35,525 nt of DNA from assembly GCA_032249175.1 (NCBI GenBank), contig JAVVGK010000003.1:1-35525 (forward strand), read 5' to 3'. The position numbers and the translations under genes are program-made. The notes under the pieces are model-generated. The model had not been told where the DNA came from. It searched no databases and worked only from the letters and a program-made list of their open reading frames with translations. Positions 27,176 to 35,525 of the stretch are shown here, piece after piece (the first letter of the stretch is position 1; the number at the start of each line of letters is the position of its first letter). This stretch comes from Candidatus Hydrothermia bacterium (GTDB lineage: Bacteria > Hydrothermota > Hydrothermia > LBFQ01 > DSFT01).

Positions 27176-30022
27176 TTATTGTCCTTCAAGTTCCTTTATA
27201 ATTCTAAATTCAACTCTCCTGTTTAATTGATGTTCTCTTTCGGTTTTGGCACCTTTAATAACTGGTTGTGTCCATCCATAACCTTTTGGAATTAATCTAT
27301 TTGGATTTATTCCTTTCTTAACAAGATAATCAACAACCGCATTTGCTCTTGCTTGTGTAAGTCTTATATTATATTCATAGCCACCTCTTTCATCAGCATG
27401 TCCAGCAACCTCAACAACAATTGTTGGATTTTCCGCTAAGAATTGATATATTGAATCAAGAACAGGATAAGATTCTTTCCTTATCGTTGCTTTATTAAAG
27501 TCAAAATATATATTCCTAAATGTAAATACTTGTCCAACTTTCGTTAATAAGAAATCCCTTCTATATCTATCACCATTATTTAAGCTAATATCAGCAATTC
27601 TTGGAGCATAATTTTTAGCCCTTACTTCAAAAATATAATTTCCAGCATCAAGTTTAACATAATAACTATCTCCTTCAATTGTTTTTATTAGGTTATTGTC
27701 TTTCTTTATATCAATTTTAGCATTTACTCTAAATCCTTTTTCAGCATCAAGAACAAGACCATAAATAATAGCAAATTTTGACGTTAATGGAATTACAATT
27801 TTATTTCTTGAATTTTTCTCAATTTGTACAAAATCTGAATTTGGTAAATAATCATCTCTTTGAGCCAATATCTTATAAAGACCCTTACTAATTGAAGTTT
27901 CATATTTTCCGCTATTATCAGTTATTGCTCTTGAAATTGTATCATTTTTCTCTGAAATTATAGAAATTTGAACATTACTTAAATGCTCATTCGTAGTTCT
28001 ATCAATAACTTCAACCAATAAATAACCAACATCCTTACTTAAATAAACTTCTTTCGTTAAATCAACCCCACCTTTCATTTCAAATAAATCAACATATTGA
28101 GAATAATTTTCTTTACTTACAAGTAATTTATAATTTCCATCTTCAAGCTCAATTTTTAAATTATCAGTTAAAGCTTCCTTTATTAAACTATCATTTCTAA
28201 ATAATTTTATATTTCCGCTTAATGGCTGTTTTGTTTCACTATCAAAAACCTTAACTACTAAATTAGCAAATTTTGGCTTCATTAAAATTACTTTATTTAT
28301 ACTATCACCAATTTTAACACTTAAAACATCATAATAGTCTTTATATCTATCTTTAAAAGCCATTATTTTAGCATCACCTTCTTTGGCAAAAAGCTTTAAA
28401 ATTCCACCATTATAATTATAACTGCTATCATTTAAAACAACCTTAACATCTTTAAGTGTATCTTTTGTTATACTATCAAGAACAACAATGTTTATCAATC
28501 CACCTGCAGGCATAAGTTTTATAATTTTATCATTTACAATTTTTGGAATAACTTCTACTGAATCAAATTTCGTAATGTAATTTCTTGCTGAAACTTCTAA
28601 CTTATATTTATTAGGAGACAAATTAACAACAGAAAGACCTTCATAATTTGTAAATAATTTTCTAATTGTTCTTGAGCCTTCATTTATATTAATTTCAGCA
28701 TTAGCAATAACTCTATTCGTTAATGAATCAATAACTTTTATTTGAAGTTTTCCTTTTAATGGAGATTGAAAAGCACTTTCTAAGTATAATCTATGACCTT
28801 TCGCAGAATAGCTAAAACCTCTTGACCAATCCCAACCACCTTTCAAAACCCAATAATTGAAATCAAGACCACCATTAAGTCCAAATTCAAATTTTTCTCT
28901 TCCACCGATAGATATATAAAATCCAATTGGTAAGAACTTTAAAACTTTATAAAAAGCACTTGCTAAAAATTTGGGTTTTTTAGTAGATATAAAACTTTCA
29001 CTAAAACCTTGAATATAACTAAAATTAAAACCATATTTATTAGTTAAATCTCTATAACCAAAATCCAACGATAAAATTGGTGGAAGCCTATAATTTTTTG
29101 AAACATTTCTTGAATAACTATAATCATTTAAAAGAAGTTTTCTTGATGTGTCAGAGAAGAGAATTCTTAAAACATTTACACTATCTAAATTACCAATTAA
29201 TGTTAATTCAAATGCTTCTTCTGGTGTTAAATACAATAATAAGCTATCAATTTTTGTAAATTCAGCAGTCGTATCAGAGGTTTTATGATAATAACCCCTA
29301 ATAATCCATACACTATCTCTAAAATCTGGCTTATAAAATGGAAATTTCCAAGTATTTGAGAAGTTTAAAGAAGATAATAAATTTCTTACATTAAATCCAA
29401 CAAACCATCCTTTACCTCTTGGCTCATATAGAAAACCAAAATCAGCAGATATTCCATCACCCCCTGCATAATAATTTAATTTCAAAGTATCAAGTGATGA
29501 AATATAATTTTTATTGTTATCTAAATTAACATTTGAAAGAATTTCTAAATAAGGTGTTGTTTGAATGTAATTTAATCTTAATCCAAAAATAAGGTCTTTA
29601 TATCTATAAGCATAACCTAAAAAGTATTGAATATAATTTAACATTTGTCCTTTTTCTATTGATAAATCATAATTTTTATTAACTTCATTATTACCAAAAA
29701 GAATAAATGAAATCAAATCATTCTTTTTTGTTGAGAGATAAGAACCACCAGAATTTTCAATACCAAGATAAAACCCTTTATAATTTAAAAAAATTGAGGC
29801 ATCAGCAAAACCCCATATAAAATAATTTCTTCCATCTATTTGGGATAATAAATAATTCTTATCATCATCAGTTATAAAGCTATTAACATAAGCATTATAT
29901 ATATTTAAATTTATCCAATTATTTGTAATTTGAGCTTTAAGATATGGTATTGAAAAATAAAAATTCGGATAATATAAAAGTCCAGGATAAGCAGGATTAA
30001 AATAACTCAATATAAATAACAT
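27176..30022 (-). CDS. Outer-membrane barrel (DUF5723-like) + tandem beta-sandwich repeats + OmpA-like peptidoglycan-binding domain
   Basis: N-half amphipathic strands (GISADFGFLY, GFNVRNL, YRLP); five recurring V.D..T...(I/L)-type repeats; C-terminal NIYFDFNKATI...GHADERG...NIRLTQARA...NRRVEF; SD GGAGGTG. Confidence 0.85.
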   Translation of the reverse strand: MLFILSYFNPAYPGLLYYPNFYFSIPYLKAQITNNWINLNIYNAYVNSFITDDDKNYLLSQIDGRNYFIWGFADASIFLNYKGFYLGIENSGGSYLSTKKNDLISFILFGNNEVNKNYDLSIEKGQMLNYIQYFLGYAYRYKDLIFGLRLNYIQTTPYLEILSNVNLDNNKNYISSLDTLKLNYYAGGDGISADFGFLYEPRGKGWFVGFNVRNLLSSLNFSNTWKFPFYKPDFRDSVWIIRGYYHKTSDTTAEFTKIDSLLLYLTPEEAFELTLIGNLDSVNVLRILFSDTSRKLLLNDYSYSRNVSKNYRLPPILSLDFGYRDLTNKYGFNFSYIQGFSESFISTKKPKFLASAFYKVLKFLPIGFYISIGGREKFEFGLNGGLDFNYWVLKGGWDWSRGFSYSAKGHRLYLESAFQSPLKGKLQIKVIDSLTNRVIANAEININEGSRTIRKLFTNYEGLSVVNLSPNKYKLEVSARNYITKFDSVEVIPKIVNDKIIKLMPAGGLINIVVLDSITKDTLKDVKVVLNDSSYNYNGGILKLFAKEGDAKIMAFKDRYKDYYDVLSVKIGDSINKVILMKPKFANLVVKVFDSETKQPLSGNIKLFRNDSLIKEALTDNLKIELEDGNYKLLVSKENYSQYVDLFEMKGGVDLTKEVYLSKDVGYLLVEVIDRTTNEHLSNVQISIISEKNDTISRAITDNSGKYETSISKGLYKILAQRDDYLPNSDFVQIEKNSRNKIVIPLTSKFAIIYGLVLDAEKGFRVNAKIDIKKDNNLIKTIEGDSYYVKLDAGNYIFEVRAKNYAPRIADISLNNGDRYRRDFLLTKVGQVFTFRNIYFDFNKATIRKESYPVLDSIYQFLAENPTIVVEVAGHADERGGYEYNIRLTQARANAVVDYLVKKGINPNRLIPKGYGWTQPVIKGAKTEREHQLNRRVEFRIIKELEGQ

Positions 30023-30025
30023 ATT

Positions 30026-31096
30026 TCACCTCCCCTGATTTACACCAATTATTGCCTTTATATCACCCCAAATTTCAAGCGAATCTTTGCTTCTTATATA
30101 AGCTTTTTCAGGATAATTAGTATATATAGGAGCAATACCGAAAAGCGAAAACTTCAATTTTCCTCTTCTTTGATTATAAAAATTTAACTGATTTGTGTCC
30201 AATTCAATAATAATCGTATCATAAATATAACCTGTTGAATAACCTGTTAATGGATCTTTTGGAGCACTTTTGAAATACTCATTAGTAATAAATATAGAAT
30301 CATTAGAAGTAGTATCTTTAAGCCATACATTTGATAGAATTTTCACAGGCAGTGAATGTCTTGTGTATAACTCAACCCATAGCTTCTTAACTTTAAATCC
30401 AAGTGTTTCATTTGGTATTGGTTGATTTTGCTCAAATTCTTGAAGTTTATAAGCAATTACAGTATCATAAGCTTCAAAGTGGGGAGGAACCCAAAGCTGA
30501 CCAATTGAGCTATCAAGAATAGCAAATAAACTTGGATTTGTTGAAGATTTTGCTATAAAGTCCATATAGACAGTTGTTGTTTCCGCTTTTATTGTAAAAC
30601 CATCTTTCTCATAAATATAAGGATTCGTTCTATAATCACCAGGGGGTATTGTTATATTTGATATAATATAGCTTTGAGATTGATTTGTTTCTTTGTAAAG
30701 TATTGTTAATTTCAAATAACCATATATATAATCATTTAGGACATTTCTAAAATAAAATATTATTCTTGCTTTACAATCATTAATATAAACCTTATCATAA
30801 CCTCTTATAATTTCTTTTGGTCTATTAAAGTTTATAACAAATAATGAAGTTATAGTATCCGTTGGAAGATTAATAGTATCGTTGTACCTCTTATCTTCTT
30901 CTATCCAATAAAATAAATTATCATCAATACGAACAATTTTAAATGAATCTTTACCTGCTGACCTTCTTGCTATATCATAAGCAGAGGAAATAGAATCGCC
31001 AATCGGAAATCTTGGATAAACATCCCAACTTGGACCACTTTCTGGCTTCTTTACATTACAAGCCATTATCGTTAAAAATATAAAAAATTTTTTCAT
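30026..31096 (-). CDS. Hypothetical lipoprotein, likely partner of the downstream barrel
   Basis: Start re-called at ATG 31096 (MKKFFIFLTIMA-C lipobox; ATGA overlap with upstream stop); PSWDV...P after the Cys. Confidence 0.75.
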   Translation of the reverse strand: MKKFFIFLTIMACNVKKPESGPSWDVYPRFPIGDSISSAYDIARRSAGKDSFKIVRIDDNLFYWIEEDKRYNDTINLPTDTITSLFVINFNRPKEIIRGYDKVYINDCKARIIFYFRNVLNDYIYGYLKLTILYKETNQSQSYIISNITIPPGDYRTNPYIYEKDGFTIKAETTTVYMDFIAKSSTNPSLFAILDSSIGQLWVPPHFEAYDTVIAYKLQEFEQNQPIPNETLGFKVKKLWVELYTRHSLPVKILSNVWLKDTTSNDSIFITNEYFKSAPKDPLTGYSTGYIYDTIIIELDTNQLNFYNQRRGKLKFSLFGIAPIYTNYPEKAYIRSKDSLEIWGDIKAIIGVNQGR

Positions 31097-32220
31097 ATTC
31101 TTTTTAATAAAAAACCTTTTAAGTACAGACTTTCCGAAAATTTTAAAGCCCAAGGATGGTCTTTTGATTGATAAAGGCTTTCTAATATAATAAAGTTATT
31201 TTTTGATGCCTTTTTAATGCTTTCAATCAAATGCTCAGCAGTTATATAAAATGAGCAACTAAATGTTGCCAAATATCCATTTTCATTTAATAAATTTATT
31301 GCTAATTTATGTAATCTATCATAAGCTTTTAGAGCGTTTTCAAGTTTTTGCTTACTCTTTGTGAAAGCAGGAGGGTCAAGAACAATAAAATCAAATTTTT
31401 TATTACAATTTTTCAAATAATCAAATACATCGGAACAAACAATTTCATAACTTCCATTAATTTCATTTAATGTTAAATTCTCTTTTAATATATTTAAAGC
31501 ATTTTCAGAAATATCTAAAAATACAACATTAACTTTCTTCTTTAAAAAATGTAATCCAAACCCCCCAACATAACAAAAGGCGTCAAGAATTTCAAAATTA
31601 TCTTGAATATAATTAGATAATTTCAGATAGTTTTCAGATTGGTCCAAAAATAAAGAAGTTTTCTGACCAATGAAAAATTTAAAGTTTATATTGTTGATTT
31701 TTATAATGTAGTTTTCTGGAATTTCTCCATAGTGAAGTTTATTTATATATGGAAGTCCTTCAAGTTTTCTTAAATGACCCGTGCTTTTTTCATAAATGAA
31801 TAATGGATTGAAAGTTTCAATTAGTGCCTTAATAATAAGTTGTTTTCTAATTTCAATACCAATTGAGAAAACTTGAAAAACAAATCCATCTTTATATTTA
31901 TCAATAATTAATCCAGGCATAAAATCAACTTCTGAATAAACTAATCTAAATGTTTCATTAAAACCTAAATGTTTTCTATAATTATAAGCTCTCAAAAGTG
32001 CCTTTTTAATATATTCATAATCAAAATCTTCTTCTTTAAATGAGAAAATTCGTAATGCTATTCTTGAATGTGGATTATAAAATGCTGAGCCTATAAACTT
32101 ACCACTTTTATGATAAACATAAACAACATCTCCCGGACCAGGACCACCTTCTCTTGAAATTATTAAATCATCATAAACAATAGAATATTCAGGAAATGAT
32201 TTTATATAAACTTTTTTCAA
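31093..32220 (-). CDS. RlmI-family class I SAM-dependent methyltransferase
   Basis: PUA-like N-terminus, RLVYSEVDFMPGLIIDKY, GQKTSLFLDQ, LDAFCYVGGFG, VLDPPAF, TFSCS, YLKG. Confidence 0.88.
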   Translation of the reverse strand: MKKVYIKSFPEYSIVYDDLIISREGGPGPGDVVYVYHKSGKFIGSAFYNPHSRIALRIFSFKEEDFDYEYIKKALLRAYNYRKHLGFNETFRLVYSEVDFMPGLIIDKYKDGFVFQVFSIGIEIRKQLIIKALIETFNPLFIYEKSTGHLRKLEGLPYINKLHYGEIPENYIIKINNINFKFFIGQKTSLFLDQSENYLKLSNYIQDNFEILDAFCYVGGFGLHFLKKKVNVVFLDISENALNILKENLTLNEINGSYEIVCSDVFDYLKNCNKKFDFIVLDPPAFTKSKQKLENALKAYDRLHKLAINLLNENGYLATFSCSFYITAEHLIESIKKASKNNFIILESLYQSKDHPWALKFSESLYLKGFLLKRI

Positions 32221-32232
32221 ACTTTGAAAATT

Positions 32233-33114
32233 TTAAATCCTGCGAGAAAGCATCATAATAAAAATTGGTGTTCCAATTATTGAAGTTATTATTCCTATTG
32301 GCAAAGATAAATTGAAAAACTTAAAAATCAATACTGAAAAAATAATAAAAGATATAGAAAGTCCAATACAATCAATTATAACAAAGGCATAATTATCACC
32401 ATTTAGCATTTTTGAAATATGAGGAATGATTAAACCTATAAAACCGATAATTCCAGAAAAATAAACACTAATTGAAGTTAAAATAAAGCTTATTATCAAG
32501 AAAATTCTCTTATATTTTTTTACATCAAATCCAAAGCTTAATGCTTCCTCATCTGAAAGCGATAATAATAAAAGTTTTTTGCGATTTAAAAATAACCAAA
32601 AAGAAATTAAAATAACAACAATAAAACAAAAATACAAAAATATAACCTCTGAATTTCTTAAAATTCTATCAACATTTCCCCAAAGAATAAAAATTGTTTT
32701 AAATATATCTTGTTTTGAGATTGCCATTAAAAAACTTATTAGACTTGAAGATAACATATTAATTGACAAACCTATTAGGATAATTTTAAGAGAGTTTTCA
32801 TAATTTAAAATGATAGCGAAAAAGCAGATAATAACAAGAGCTAACATAAGTAAATTTGATAAAATAACATTTAAATTTAAAATAATTGATAGGACAAAGC
32901 CAAGGGCAGATATTGAAGATATACCAAGAATATAAGGCTCAACAAGTGGATTTTTTAATAAATTCTGTAAAATTAAACCTGAAATTGATAACGATATGCC
33001 AGTAATTAAAATTATCATTAGTTTATGAATTGAAAAAAATAAAAGCGAAAAATCAGTTTTTAAAAAATAAATGAGTAATGAAAAAATGAAAAAAATTATT
33101 GAAGTTGGGAACAT
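32233..33114 (-). CDS. FecCD/BtuC-family ABC transporter permease
   Basis: SGLILQNLLKNPLVEPYILGISS, DEEALSFG, GIIGFIGLIIPH, LPIGIITSIIGTP. Confidence 0.9.
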   Translation of the reverse strand: MFPTSIIFFIFSLLIYFLKTDFSLLFFSIHKLMIILITGISLSISGLILQNLLKNPLVEPYILGISSISALGFVLSIILNLNVILSNLLMLALVIICFFAIILNYENSLKIILIGLSINMLSSSLISFLMAISKQDIFKTIFILWGNVDRILRNSEVIFLYFCFIVVILISFWLFLNRKKLLLLSLSDEEALSFGFDVKKYKRIFLIISFILTSISVYFSGIIGFIGLIIPHISKMLNGDNYAFVIIDCIGLSISFIIFSVLIFKFFNLSLPIGIITSIIGTPIFIMMLSRRI

Positions 33115-33160
33115 TAATTAACATTAAATTTTAAACCTACTTTAAAATTTGAAAAATTAA
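33115..33160. promoter_or_regulatory. Divergent promoter pair (ATTTTA 33128-33133 / TAAAAT 33143-33148)
   Basis: Same motif on both strands, 13 and 12 nt from the two ATGs, no SD. Confidence 0.5.
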
Positions 33161-34087
33161 ATGAAAGTCCTTCACATTACAAATATAAAAGGCGGAGGAA
33201 TAGGAGCATTCTTAAAAATTCTTGAAAAAAGAGGTGAAGTAATTTGGGAAATGAAAAAACAGAAAGAACCACCTTTAAGTATAAATGAGGTTGATATTAT
33301 AATTCTGTATGGCTATATTCCTAATTTTGACTTCAATCCCTTTAAAAATAAGTTGAAAATTTATTATTTTCAAGGTTTAAGGGAAATTTCAAGAAGAATG
33401 ATTTTAAATAAATTTGAATTTAATCCATATCATATCTTAAAACTTATAAAATTTAAAAATTGGATTAAAAATTTTGACTATTTTATAAGTGTTTCGTTTT
33501 CTATGAGTAATATGGCGAAAAAATTTTATAATGCTAATAGCTTTGTTTTACATAATCCTATGGACTTTGAATTATTGCCAAAAATAGAAAGAAGTAAAAG
33601 TAATAATGTTTTACTTTGGATTGGAAGAAATGCTTGGATTAAAGGACTAAATAGATTTTTAGAACTTTTAAATTTATTGCCTGAATATGAGGGTTGGATT
33701 TTAGGTGTTGAAGGGAAAAACTATAATAATGTTAAATTTTTTGGATATGTTAATAATGTTTATGATTTTATAAATAGGGCAAAAGCGGTAATAATCACGA
33801 GTTATTATGAATCATTCTCTTATGTTTGTTTAGAATCGCTTTATTATGGTGTTCCTGTTTTAAGTTTAAAAAGTGCTGGCGGAGCTTTTGAGATTTTACA
33901 ACTATTTAATAAATATGAGTGGTGCTTTGATAATATAGAAGAAATGGCAAATTATATAAGAAATTTTGAAATTGAAGATTTTAGAGAAAATGAGCAGTTT
34001 GTAAATTTTTTTAGTTTTGAGAGATTTTATGAGAAATTCCAAAAGATTTTACAATTTTTAATAAAATTAAAAAAATTATCAAAATAA
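33161..34087 (+). CDS. GT4-family (GT-B) glycosyltransferase
   Basis: MKVLHI...GGG, WIGR...KG, TSYYESFSYVCLES (EX7E)...GVPV. Confidence 0.88.
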   Translation: MKVLHITNIKGGGIGAFLKILEKRGEVIWEMKKQKEPPLSINEVDIIILYGYIPNFDFNPFKNKLKIYYFQGLREISRRMILNKFEFNPYHILKLIKFKNWIKNFDYFISVSFSMSNMAKKFYNANSFVLHNPMDFELLPKIERSKSNNVLLWIGRNAWIKGLNRFLELLNLLPEYEGWILGVEGKNYNNVKFFGYVNNVYDFINRAKAVIITSYYESFSYVCLESLYYGVPVLSLKSAGGAFEILQLFNKYEWCFDNIEEMANYIRNFEIEDFRENEQFVNFFSFERFYEKFQKILQFLIKLKKLSK

Positions 34088-35483
34088 AAATCCACAATTC
34101 TCCAATATAAGAATATAATGTTTTATAGCTATTAGTTGGAACTTTCTCAATTAAATATCCCATCTTGAATAAATCTATTTTTTTAATAGTTTCGCCCTTA
34201 TCATTTATTATAGCAGAAATACCTGTTTTAGCACTTCTTACAATATACTTACCTGTTTCTATTGCTCTTAATTTTGAAAATAAATAATGCTCTTTTGGTC
34301 CAATTGAAGGACCAAACCATCCATCATTAGTTATAACAAAAAGCACATTAGCTCCATTTCTAATTAAGTTTCTTGAAATTTCAGGAAATATGCTCTCATA
34401 ACATATCATAACACCAATTTTTTGTTCTTTAAAACTTATAGGTTTAAAAAATTTTCCTTTCTTGTAATTTCCCTGTCCTAAATCTAAATTTTTTATAAAA
34501 CTTGGAAGATATTCATAAAATGGTAAATTTTCACCAAAAGGAACAATATGAACTTTATCGTAAAAATCAATAATTTTTCCACTCGTATCAATTAGTAATG
34601 CAGTATTATAATAATTACCATCTTCTTCACGAGCGCTTCCCATTAAAATTGGTTTTCTTGTTTCTTTTAAAATTTTATTAACAAGCTCAAAATTCCAATA
34701 ATTTTGAGGATAAATGCCAGGTATTGCTGATTCTGATAAAACTAAAATATCGTAGTTTTTATCTTTTATAGAATCTAATAAAATTGAAAAAGCTTCTCTT
34801 GTTTCTTTCCATTCCATAGGGTCATAAGCATATCTTGGAAGAACATTTGGTTGAATAATGGCAACTCTTAAATAATTATTTTCTTTTATTTTAAAATTTT
34901 TCCAAAAAATTCCAAAAATTACTATAAATAATACAAAAAATGAATATGGCAATATATTAATTCTTCTTTCAATTGAAAGATAAAGTGCATAATTAAATGT
35001 AATAAGTGAAAATGTTATAAAATGAGGACCAAGAATTGAGCTAATTTGAGCATATATTAAAAAGCCAAGTGATGAATAGTAGTAATTTGCCCAAGGAAGT
35101 GATAAATCAAATAACCAATAGGAAATAATCCATTCATAAATTGTAAAAGATAAACCAAAAACAATAGGATTTTTTGAATTCCTAAATAATAAAAACCAAA
35201 TACAAAATAAAATTGTTCTTAAAATTATCATAAAACTGACACCAATTATTAGTAAAATTCCAAGACTTTTACCAACATCTAAATTATACAACCAATTTAA
35301 ATGAATGAAAAAAAATGGAAATGTATAAAGAAAAGAAATAAGAAATGTTTTTTTATTATTAGAATTTTTAGTTATTATTAAAAGTGGAACAAAAGCAAAT
35401 AAACTTGCAGGGAAAAAATAAAAAGGATATTGAGTTAAAATTAAAGAAAAACTTCCAAAAAGAAATAAAAGAAATGTTTTCAT
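34011..35483 (-). CDS. lnt: Apolipoprotein N-acyltransferase
   Basis: TM N-terminus, IIQPN, SESA, YYNTA, YDKVHIVPFGE, ICYESIF, TNDGWFG, RAIE, TGISAII. Confidence 0.94.
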   Translation of the reverse strand: MKTFLLFLFGSFSLILTQYPFYFFPASLFAFVPLLIITKNSNNKKTFLISFLYTFPFFFIHLNWLYNLDVGKSLGILLIIGVSFMIILRTILFCIWFLLFRNSKNPIVFGLSFTIYEWIISYWLFDLSLPWANYYYSSLGFLIYAQISSILGPHFITFSLITFNYALYLSIERRINILPYSFFVLFIVIFGIFWKNFKIKENNYLRVAIIQPNVLPRYAYDPMEWKETREAFSILLDSIKDKNYDILVLSESAIPGIYPQNYWNFELVNKILKETRKPILMGSAREEDGNYYNTALLIDTSGKIIDFYDKVHIVPFGENLPFYEYLPSFIKNLDLGQGNYKKGKFFKPISFKEQKIGVMICYESIFPEISRNLIRNGANVLFVITNDGWFGPSIGPKEHYLFSKLRAIETGKYIVRSAKTGISAIINDKGETIKKIDLFKMGYLIEKVPTNSYKTLYSYIGELWIFILIIFLILLKIVKSFGISHKISQN

Positions 35484-35525
35484 TTTTTTTATTTTTTATG
35501 ACATTTTTTTCATTATTTCAATTTC

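Noticed and set aside
31136-31150. Internal GGCTTTAAAAT promoter motif on the minus strand within the methyltransferase gene
   Set aside because: It could drive the lipoprotein-barrel pair, but a chance match in AT-rich coding DNA cannot be excluded and the downstream gene is already translationally coupled.
31097-31153. Extended starts of ORFs 30026..31153 and 17000..19288
   Set aside because: They overlap upstream genes; downstream ATGs (31096, 17027) have lipobox/ATGA coupling or an SD.
645-32803. Small ORFs 645-842, 7568-7750, 13413-13643, 17144-17476, 21304-21495, 22268-22459, 22597-22794, 23439-23642, 29077-29259, 32579-32803
   Set aside because: All lie within or antisense to well-supported genes and show no recognisable motifs; shadow ORFs.

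Overview
Gene-dense, very AT-rich bacterial window with about 30 CDS. Gene content (PorV-family barrel, T9SS-type C-terminal sorting domains, large TonB-dependent receptor, Lnt) suggests a diderm FCB-superphylum or WOR-3-like organism; this is inference only. Housekeeping genes (mnmA, sufD-like, pckA, gmk, pdxT, ftsE, rlmI-like, lnt) are often separated from their usual partners. The main points of interest are: (1) a 13.7 kb co-directional envelope locus, exbB-exbD-exbD-tonB-TBDR-FN3/CTD protein-PorV-like-pseudo-peptidase/CTD-TPR lipoprotein-Asp-box/CTD, in which both ExbD copies have Asn where the essential Asp is expected; (2) a ~185-200 bp non-coding repeat family with 15-bp inverted ends and conserved mini-hairpins, filling all three long intergenic regions and always ending 22-23 bp upstream of a -10 box; (3) a recurring (G/C)CTTTAAAAT -10-like motif 6-13 nt upstream of transcription-unit-leading start codons, suggesting leaderless transcripts, including a 31-bp bidirectional promoter; (4) several exported proteins with ultra-short N-terminal leaders; (5) an SbnI-like serine kinase coupled to a lone sufD. 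No rRNA, tRNA, CRISPR array or transposase was seen. All protein calls come from motif recognition by eye, not database searches.
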